DNA of 28,502 nucleotides from a virus (Duplodnaviria > Caudoviricetes). Under the pieces are notes generated by a model that made no database searches, was not told the origin of the DNA, and saw only the letters and a program-made list of their open reading frames with translations. The position numbers and the translations under genes are program-made. Of the stretch, positions 9,459-15,112 are shown in pieces; within the stretch, counting starts at the first letter, position 1; every line of letters starts with the position of its first letter. The stretch covers positions 1-28,502 of the IMG/VR virus record IMGVR_UViG_3300012664_000083; one strand, 5' to 3'.

Positions 9459-9730
9459 TTTTCTTGTGCCTTTCTTAGTATTGCTCTAGCAAAATGCCAC
9501 TCAACAGGTCTTTTGTCATTTGCTGGTCTGTTATTAACAACATAAAGCCATAAATCTATAATTTCTTTTACCGATGGCTCTGTTAGTGTCTTTGCTGGAT
9601 GGGTGTAGAGTGGAATATCAAATTCATTGTTTTTTTTCTTTTGAACTTGAATGGTAATAGAACCAAATTCGTAATTACCTAGAAAAATCAAAGTATCTTT
9701 TTTAGTCCACGCTACTGGTTCATTGTTCAT
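9455..9730 (-). CDS. EPVAW/PLYTHP-motif protein (Eaa-like modular early protein) ending RKAQEK
   Basis: MNNEPVAW...IPLYTHPAKTLT...FARAILRKAQEK; paralog of the next gene. Confidence 0.7.
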   Translation of the reverse strand: MNNEPVAWTKKDTLIFLGNYEFGSITIQVQKKKNNEFDIPLYTHPAKTLTEPSVKEIIDLWLYVVNNRPANDKRPVEWHFARAILRKAQEK

Positions 9731-9936
9731 TTCTCTTGTGCCTTTCTTAGTATTGCTCTAGCAAAATCAACAAGCTGGCTACCATATTCACCATGATTTT
9801 CACCAGCAATTTCTAATATTTCCTCATCTGTTAGTGTCTTTGCTGGATGAGTGTAGAGTGGAATAGCATCTTTATCTTCTTTAGCACATTCACACCAAAG
9901 TCTTAACTTTTTAAACCACGCTACTGGTTCATTCAT
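9727..9936 (-). CDS. EPVAW/PLYTHP-motif protein ending RKAQEK (start revised to 9936)
   Basis: MNEPVAW...IPLYTHPAKTLT...FARAILRKAQEK; GGCGGA RBS upstream; overlaps the stop of the preceding gene. Confidence 0.7.
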   Translation of the reverse strand: MNEPVAWFKKLRLWCECAKEDKDAIPLYTHPAKTLTDEEILEIAGENHGEYGSQLVDFARAILRKAQEK

Positions 9937-10111
9937 ATTTTCCGCCATAACTTAACCAAGGTTTTTGCTGCAATTCATAACCAAACACATAAAACAATGG
10001 ATTGTATTCAGCAACAATGCGTCTTTTTGCTTGTAAAGTTGTGCCACTGACTTTAATTACAGTGTCAATTTGGCTCATTAACTTAAACATGTCATTCTTT
10101 AAAAAGCTCAT
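9929..10111 (-). CDS. Hypothetical protein
   Basis: Tiles the leftward operon with overlaps at both ends; exact start uncertain. Confidence 0.55.
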   Translation of the reverse strand: MSFLKNDMFKLMSQIDTVIKVSGTTLQAKRRIVAEYNPLFYVFGYELQQKPWLSYGGKYE

Positions 10112-10358
10112 TTATGCCCATTTCCTCTCTTGTTTTAATGGATTTAAGGTAATTTTTAAGCGCTTTGTCGTCTTCTTTAAAAATTTTGTTAAATAAACCA
10201 TGTGTAGGGTGTCGTGGCGTATGCTCATGGAATGTGCCATGCAGCACATAGTAACTAAACGCCCTACAAGCTTTTTCGTATTCTTTACAGTCTGGCGCTT
10301 GCTTGCATTTGTCGCAAGGGGCTTCCCCCTCAAACACCCTTCTTCCGTATATATCCAT
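10092..10358 (-). CDS. Hypothetical Cys-cluster (metal-binding?) protein
   Basis: PCDKC...C......C pattern; GAGGG RBS and TAATG coupling. Confidence 0.65.
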   Translation of the reverse strand: MDIYGRRVFEGEAPCDKCKQAPDCKEYEKACRAFSYYVLHGTFHEHTPRHPTHGLFNKIFKEDDKALKNYLKSIKTREEMGINELFKE

Positions 10359-10573
10359 TAAGCTACCCTCGCTCTATATTCGTAACAGGCTTCACGGGCA
10401 TCGTCTAAAAACTTATCCCATCCACCAAGGCTAATAATCATTTCCAATACATTAATGTCTGTATCGGTGATGTAGATTTCGCATATATCGTCATCGCCAT
10501 AGCCGTGTACATCAACAGATGTATCACCAACATATAACCAACCCATATACGGTGCTTTTTTGTGTTTTGTCAT
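10358..10573 (-). CDS. Hypothetical acidic protein
   Basis: AAGGGGAAA RBS at 10577-10585. Confidence 0.7.
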   Translation of the reverse strand: MTKHKKAPYMGWLYVGDTSVDVHGYGDDDICEIYITDTDINVLEMIISLGGWDKFLDDAREACYEYRARVA

Positions 10574-10594
10574 TTATTTCCCCTTAAAAACTGT

Positions 10595-10655
10595 AGTTTC
10601 TTGGTAATTGCAATGAGTGTCTATTATGACAAACCCTTAGTTGTGTATAAACAAC
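10595..10655 (-). promoter_or_regulatory. Putative activator-dependent promoter with upstream operator
   Basis: Minus strand: TAAGGGTTTGTCATAA box, -35 TAGACA (10618-10623), 17 bp, GAAACT (10595-10600). Inverted repeat GTTGT-N6-ACAAC at 10640-10655. Same layout recurs at 14172-14216. Confidence 0.55.
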
Positions 10656-10662
10656 AAAAAGG

Positions 10663-10693
10663 TGACCTACTCGTTTCTTTACACTTTCGGTCA
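10663..10693 (-). ncRNA. Hairpin with loop-E/sarcin-ricin-type internal loop (possible terminator or protein-binding site)
   Basis: UGACC-GAA-AG...CG-AGUA-GGUCA, followed by CCUUUUUG. Confidence 0.45.
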
Positions 10694-10699
10694 TTGTTA

Positions 10700-10758
10700 G
10701 GTGGGGGCGGTGCGCACGGACACACATGGTAGGCAGAAGGGGAAACCACCTCGCCCCC
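10700..10758 (-). ncRNA. tRNA-like three-way-junction RNA with anti-Shine-Dalgarno loop
   Basis: 7-bp GGGGGCG/CGCCCCC stem plus ACC 3' end; GGUGG/CUACC stem with loop UUUCCCCUUCUGC; GUGUG/CGCAC stem with UCCGUG loop. G-U pairs favour the minus strand. Confidence 0.6.
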
Positions 10759-10762
10759 GTTG

Positions 10763-11512
10763 TTAGTTTAGCTTATTTTTAAGTTTGTATAAGCCTAAAA
10801 GATGTAAAAACATTTGATAGCCGTCACGCAAGTCTTGCTCATCATGCTCATAGATTGCTACCTCACCTGTAGTGCCATTAATATACACATTTGCACAGCG
10901 TGCTGTAGGGGCTAAAACCTCACGATAAGCAGCTAATTGCATGGTATGCTCAGTATAGGGTGTTAATTCACCAGGGGATTTTTCCGTAGTCTTGAAGTCA
11001 ATTACGACCCCACTAAAGTCATGGCGTGCTTTGCAATACAAATCGCACTTACCGCCATATCCTTCTTGTGCGTTAACTAATGACTGCTCTGGAATCCATA
11101 ACTGAGCGCCAAAATGAGCTGTTACGGCCTCATCGACTGCTCGAACATACGCTGGCATATCCGGCACAAATTCATTGTTATAGAAGCTTTCAATCCAATC
11201 ATGGATAAGTGTGCCTCGGTCTGCTGCTTCACGGCTTTTACGCTTGGCTAGGTCAAGAATACGACTGATGTATTCTTTCTCATCTTCACCATCTAGGCGA
11301 GGATTAGCAAGCGTGGCGTGCAATACTTCTGTTTGTTTCCATGTATCAAGGCCTGCTTTTGATAGCTGTCCGTTAATTGTTGATACGCTTGGCACAAGTG
11401 TGCCTGGTGCTGACTTGGCATCTCGAAGCGTAGTGCTTCTTTCTTTGCCGTTTTTACCAATGGTTGTATAGCGTGGCGCTCCTGTTTGGGCGCAATACCA
11501 ATGCTCTGACAT
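10763..11512 (-). CDS. PD-(D/E)xK exonuclease (lambda-exo/Cas4-like superfamily)
   Basis: PSVSTI, RGTLIH, E..L, YGGKCDL, VIDFKT, QLAAY motifs; AAGGGGAAA RBS; clustered with ERF and SSB-like genes. Confidence 0.85.
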   Translation of the reverse strand: MSEHWYCAQTGAPRYTTIGKNGKERSTTLRDAKSAPGTLVPSVSTINGQLSKAGLDTWKQTEVLHATLANPRLDGEDEKEYISRILDLAKRKSREAADRGTLIHDWIESFYNNEFVPDMPAYVRAVDEAVTAHFGAQLWIPEQSLVNAQEGYGGKCDLYCKARHDFSGVVIDFKTTEKSPGELTPYTEHTMQLAAYREVLAPTARCANVYINGTTGEVAIYEHDEQDLRDGYQMFLHLLGLYKLKNKLN

Positions 11513-11534
11513 AAATTTCCCCTTATTTGTAGCA

Positions 11535-11735
11535 TTAATTACACATTTTTAGAATTTCGGCCTTTTCAGCCTCATTTGTTACTTTTTCTGCCGCTACTTT
11601 GACTACTGTATTAATGACACTAACCAACCCCTCAAGGGTCATTGAAATTAACTGTCTTTCCTCATCCACATGAAATTCCTCAGTATGAATGGACTCTATG
11701 TTTTGCTGAATAGCATCATTAATAACAGTTTTCAT
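11535..11735 (-). CDS. Hypothetical protein
   Basis: AAGGG RBS; sits in the recombination operon. Confidence 0.65.
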   Translation of the reverse strand: MKTVINDAIQQNIESIHTEEFHVDEERQLISMTLEGLVSVINTVVKVAAEKVTNEAEKAEILKMCN

Positions 11736-11743
11736 ATTAACCC

Positions 11744-11998
11744 TTAAAATGGGACATCGTCATCAATAGTATTGCGTGGTAATTCATCGCTTCCTGCTGC
11801 GGTAAAGCCTTTAGGTTGTTTTTCTTTGCCTATCGAAACGCTGAAAAACTTGCCTTTTTGACCTTCTTTAACCCAAGCTGACAGCCAATGCTCTTTTCCA
11901 TTAACCATAATTGAACCCGTATAGTCAGGATGAGTTTCCGTTGTTTTGCGGTCATTTTTAAATAGCGAGCCGCTACCTTCTTTTGGTGTATAAGCCAT
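11744..11998 (-). CDS. Small single-stranded DNA-binding protein
   Basis: GSLFKN..K...HPDYTG..WLSAW..GKFFS core and acidic SSB-type tail DDDVPF. Confidence 0.75.
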   Translation of the reverse strand: MAYTPKEGSGSLFKNDRKTTETHPDYTGSIMVNGKEHWLSAWVKEGQKGKFFSVSIGKEKQPKGFTAAGSDELPRNTIDDDVPF

Positions 11999-12010
11999 GT
12001 CATATTCCCC

Positions 12011-12451
12011 TTAAATTTCTTTAGGTTTAACTACTGCTGGTTTAGATTGTGGATTGCTGGCAGCATTGCCATCGTCATCCGCTTGCACTACTCCTACTAC
12101 TGCTGCTAATGCGTATCTACGCATATAAGTTAAAGCTGACCCAGCGCCTTGTGCGTCTGCTTTAGTAACCGGTACAGACATCTCTTGACTAAGGTATTCG
12201 CCAGACTTGTGGCTAATTACTGTAGTCAATGACATAGATTTGTCATGGTCTGTATAAAGCCCTGGAAACTGCATAACTGCTAGGCCATTTTCAGCTAACA
12301 AGCTACGGCAAGCATCCCATACAGACTCAAGGTCAGCGTATTTAGACTTAAAAAATGGATTGGCAGAGTCTTTAACGGCATGGGACATTTTGCCTTGCAC
12401 GATTGACAAAGCCAATGTTAGGTTAGCAATGCTTTCTGATTGATTAATCAT
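12011..12451 (-). CDS. erf: ERF-family single-strand annealing protein
   Basis: KDSANPFFKSKYADL, HKSGE, QGAGSALTYMRRYAL...DDDG signature. Confidence 0.92.
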   Translation of the reverse strand: MINQSESIANLTLALSIVQGKMSHAVKDSANPFFKSKYADLESVWDACRSLLAENGLAVMQFPGLYTDHDKSMSLTTVISHKSGEYLSQEMSVPVTKADAQGAGSALTYMRRYALAAVVGVVQADDDGNAASNPQSKPAVVKPKEI

Positions 12452-12651
12452 TTTGCACCCCCAAAAATTACACCAAAGTCGTTAATGATGTCACGCAATA
12501 CAGGATTAACTTGACTGTTGCGTGGTTTGCCACAGGCTTGGCGTATGCAGTCAACTTGCGCTTGTGTAAGCTCGCCACCGTATTCCATGTCGTCAAGCGC
12601 TGACTCTAAAAATTCTTCATGCTCAAGCATTAATTGATTTAATTCACCCAT
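12448..12651 (-). CDS. Hypothetical protein, first gene of the leftward transcript
   Basis: AAGGGGAA RBS at 12657-12664; ATGA coupling to erf. Confidence 0.7.
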   Translation of the reverse strand: MGELNQLMLEHEEFLESALDDMEYGGELTQAQVDCIRQACGKPRNSQVNPVLRDIINDFGVIFGGAK

Positions 12652-12670
12652 CTAAATTCCCCTTAGATAA

Positions 12671-12777
12671 ATAGCAAAATTGCTATAAGTAAGACTTTAA
12701 CATAACTTAAAACAGTTTTGCAAATATATTTTTAAGCGTTGTATTTACACACTTTGTCGTGGTAAGATTACTTCACT
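12671..12777. promoter_or_regulatory. Divergent sigma70-like promoter region (PL/PR-like)
   Basis: Leftward TTGCAA-18-TAAAGT and rightward TTGTAT-18-TAAGAT, both with extended -10 TGn. Palindrome ATAGCAA-AA-TTGCTAT at 12671-12686. GTTGT-N6-ACACT over the rightward -35. Confidence 0.6.
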
Positions 12778-13044
12778 ATGAATATAAAACTAACCGAACA
12801 CGCATTACTTCAACTATTGGGTGGCACAGTTAAAGTCGCAAAGATGTGCGATGTAGAGCCAGCAGCCGTGTCCCAATGGCGTAAAAACGGCATACCAAGG
12901 GAGCAATTATTGTTTCTTGGAGCCAGAATTGAAAAAGAAAGTCATGGCTTAGTCACTCGTCAAGACTTATTTCCAAACAACTTTTGGTTAATTTGGCCTG
13001 AGTTACTTAAAAACAACGCATTTGGAGCGCAAGACGATGAGTGA
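12778..13044 (+). CDS. Cro/YdaS-like HTH transcriptional regulator
   Basis: LGGTVKVAKMCDVEPAAVSQWRKNGIP HTH and VTRQDLFP..W.IWPEL tail; first rightward gene; no RBS, possibly leaderless. Confidence 0.85.
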   Translation: MNIKLTEHALLQLLGGTVKVAKMCDVEPAAVSQWRKNGIPREQLLFLGARIEKESHGLVTRQDLFPNNFWLIWPELLKNNAFGAQDDE

Positions 13045-13876
13045 CCCATTTGAAATATTAGAGCCAACAGTAATTAGCTTTAGCGGTGGTCGCACTTCAG
13101 CTTATATGCTTTGGAGGATATTGCAATCAAATAATGGGCTTCCAGAAGAAGCTATTGTTACTTTTGCAAATACAGGTAAAGAAGAAGAAGCTACGCTTGA
13201 ATTTGTAAGGGATTGCGGTAAAAACTGGGGCGTTGACATTCATTGGGTTGAATACCAACACGCTGAAAAACCAGCAGACCGTTGGAAAAAAGTTAACTTT
13301 GAAACTGCAAGTCGTAATGGCGAACCATTTTTTGATTTAATAGACCAAAACGGCTCATTATACCTTCCAAACCCAGTAGCTAGGATATGCACCGCCAAAC
13401 TTAAAATTCGCACCATACACGCTTATTTAAAGGCTTTAGGGTGGAAACATAACGAGAACATGGATTGGGTTGGTATTCGTGCCGATGAAATGCGTAGGGC
13501 TGCAAAAATGGACAGGGAGCGCACTCCATTGGTAACGGCTGGTGTTACCAAAGAAACTGTAGGTAAATTCTGGAAAGAGCAGTCTTTTGATTTGGGTCTG
13601 CCAAATATGAATGGCGTAACCATGCACGGAAACTGCGATTTATGCTTTTTAAAGCCTACACATCAAATTATTAGCCTAATTAGAGAAAAGCCTGAAAGGG
13701 CTGATTGGTGGATTAAGATGGAATCTCATGCCAATTCAAGCAATAAAACTTATGGTGACGGGGCAAAGTTTCGTAAAGACCGCCCAAGTTATGCAGAATT
13801 AAAGAAGTTTGCATTATCCCATGACGATATGTTTCCTACAGATGAGGAAGGTATACCTTGTTTTTGCGGTGACTAA
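13037..13876 (+). CDS. PAPS-reductase-family (PP-loop, CysH/DndC-like) protein; start revised to ATG 13037
   Basis: SFSGGRTS PP-loop, FANTGKE, R.CT..LK, GIRADE, NCDLCFLK, terminal CFC; GGAG RBS at 13024-13027. Confidence 0.85.
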   Translation: MSDPFEILEPTVISFSGGRTSAYMLWRILQSNNGLPEEAIVTFANTGKEEEATLEFVRDCGKNWGVDIHWVEYQHAEKPADRWKKVNFETASRNGEPFFDLIDQNGSLYLPNPVARICTAKLKIRTIHAYLKALGWKHNENMDWVGIRADEMRRAAKMDRERTPLVTAGVTKETVGKFWKEQSFDLGLPNMNGVTMHGNCDLCFLKPTHQIISLIREKPERADWWIKMESHANSSNKTYGDGAKFRKDRPSYAELKKFALSHDDMFPTDEEGIPCFCGD

Positions 13877-13892
13877 TAATTTGTTGTAAACT
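13864..13892 (+). promoter_or_regulatory. Putative sigma70 promoter for the intergenic RNA
   Basis: TTGCGG (13864-13869), 17 bp, TAAACT (13887-13892); predicted start ~13898 coincides with the first stem. Confidence 0.5.
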
Positions 13893-13897
13893 CACTT

Positions 13898-14088
13898 TCC
13901 TATCTCGAGGCTCTAACGACATACCAGGGGATAGGATTAACAGCGCTACTGGGGGTAATGGTTGAAACAGCGCAATATAGGTGGCGAAGATAGTGCCTAT
14001 ACCATGCAAGACTGTCGGGTGATGCGATTCCTCAATGGAAGCATTTGAAGGCACACTTAGGTAGGCTAGGTGTGCTCAAACCTCTTGG
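13898..14088 (+). ncRNA. Unidentified highly structured ncRNA (~190 nt)
   Basis: At least six stems with G-U pairs on the plus strand, in a gene-free segment that is GC-richer than its flanks (see findings). Confidence 0.65.
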
Positions 14089-14096
14089 AATTACTA

Positions 14097-14157
14097 TTAA
14101 AGACCTTATTAATACCTATAAGTACTAATAAAGAAGTCTTTAACATACCTATAAGTA
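14097..14157. repeat. AT-rich imperfect hairpin with two 13-bp direct repeats (candidate replication origin)
   Basis: TTAAAGAC (14097-14104)/GTCTTTAA (14136-14143) enclosing TTATTA/TAATAA; ATACCTATAAGTA at 14112-14124 and 14145-14157. Confidence 0.7.
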
Positions 14158-14171
14158 TCAAAAATACAACA

Positions 14172-14216
14172 TTAGGGAAAATACTTAGTGACAACTACAA
14201 AAAATAATAAGAAACT
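14172..14216 (+). promoter_or_regulatory. Putative activator-dependent promoter
   Basis: TTAGGGAAAATACTTA box, GTGACA (14188-14193), 17 bp, GAAACT (14211-14216); same layout as 10595-10639. Confidence 0.55.
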
Positions 14217-14256
14217 GTAATCACTCAATAACGAGTAAACATTTAAGGGGAATTAA

Positions 14257-14568
14257 ATGAAAGACTTTTTAGGCGCATGTTTGTTAGGTGCAGTATTAGG
14301 CGGTATGTTTGCTTACGGTGTACCAGCTAAAGCACAGACCATACCAATGACTAATGCCCAAGGCTATAACATTGGCACAGTACAAATCAACGGCAATAAA
14401 GCGCAATTTGTAAACGCTTCTGGCGTTACTACACAAGTAGCTACGCTATATCCAAATCAAATTGTTATACAAACTCCTAGCGGTGTAACAACTGCGGTAA
14501 TTGGTGGTACAGGTTATACAGTACCAGCTAGCCCACCATCACCAATGACACCACGGGTAATGCAATGA
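14257..14568 (+). CDS. Exported protein with signal peptide, beta-rich
   Basis: AAGGGGAA RBS; hydrophobic N-terminus ending PAKA-Q (SPase I-like site); Pro-rich tail. Confidence 0.7.
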   Translation: MKDFLGACLLGAVLGGMFAYGVPAKAQTIPMTNAQGYNIGTVQINGNKAQFVNASGVTTQVATLYPNQIVIQTPSGVTTAVIGGTGYTVPASPPSPMTPRVMQ

Positions 14569-14741
14569 CTTGGCAAACAAATTTTATTTGTGATGTTTGT
14601 GGAAAAAACAGAGGTAGGCAATTTAATCATGTTGAGTGCAATAAACTTAGACAAAAAAATTCGCCAAAAAGATACCAAAAATCACCAAAAACCTATAGCA
14701 ATAAAAATATTAACAATTTACTTAAATTAGTGGGGGAGTAA
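14565..14741 (+). CDS. 58-aa basic zinc-finger-like protein (not in ORF track)
   Basis: MTWQTNFICDVCGKNRGRQFNHVECNKLRQK...; ATGA coupling upstream and TAATG coupling downstream. Confidence 0.7.
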   Translation: MTWQTNFICDVCGKNRGRQFNHVECNKLRQKNSPKRYQKSPKTYSNKNINNLLKLVGE

Positions 14742-15112
14742 TGTTTGATGAATTCTGGTCGGCATATCCACGCAAAATAGCTAAAGCTGTTGCACGAAAG
14801 GCTTTTGCTAAATTGACTGAGCAACAACAATTAGACGCTTGCAAAGCTATTGATGACCACAATGCGTACTGGCAAGCTAAAGAAACTGATTTAGAATTTA
14901 TACCCCATCCAGCCACCTGGTTAAATCAGGAAAGATGGGAAGATGAATTAGTAATTGAACCCAAGAAACAAAAAGAATCTAAAGAATGGATGTTTAGCAA
15001 TGAAGGCATTGACGCTAAAGCAAGAGAGTTGGGTATTATGGGAAATGGCTATGACACTTATGCAAGCCTTAAAGCTAAATGTATGAAAAAGCTAGGCATG
15101 AGTGCGGTGTAA
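14741..15112 (+). CDS. Replication protein, stand-alone C-terminal initiator/DnaT-like domain
   Basis: FDEFWSAYPRK..K..A.KAF.KL and FIPHPATWLNQERWEDE motifs of phage replication organizers; GGGGGAG RBS. Confidence 0.75.
   Translation: MFDEFWSAYPRKIAKAVARKAFAKLTEQQQLDACKAIDDHNAYWQAKETDLEFIPHPATWLNQERWEDELVIEPKKQKESKEWMFSNEGIDAKARELGIMGNGYDTYASLKAKCMKKLGMSAV

Larger units (their letters stand above)
9016..9767 (-). repeat. Four direct repeats of a stop/start/RBS junction module
   Basis: Plus-strand core TCATTT(C/T)TCTTGTGCCTT at 9016-9033, 9276-9293, 9455-9472 and 9727-9744. The last two extend to 41 bp with 1 mismatch (9455-9495 vs 9727-9767). Confidence 0.95.

Noticed and set aside
9016-9767. 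KAQEK repeats as a CRISPR array or integron attC sites
   Set aside because: Spacing is 179-272 bp, the spacers are intact ORFs, the repeats are not palindromic, and there is no cas or integrase gene.
10737-10745. AAGGGGAAA as a plus-strand RBS
   Set aside because: No start codon at a suitable distance and no plus-strand ORF follows.
10700-10758. Canonical tRNA gene
   Set aside because: Only ~59 nt, no D-arm, no 7-nt anticodon loop, T-loop is UCCGUG rather than UUCRANY; kept only as tRNA-like.
10763-11512. Exonuclease as a CRISPR-associated Cas4
   Set aside because: No four-Cys Fe-S pattern, no cas genes or array; context with ERF and SSB indicates recombination.
13836-14054. 72-aa minus-strand ORF across the structured region
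   Set aside because: No clear RBS, antisense to the local transcription direction, overlaps the PAPS-reductase end; RNA structure explains the region better.
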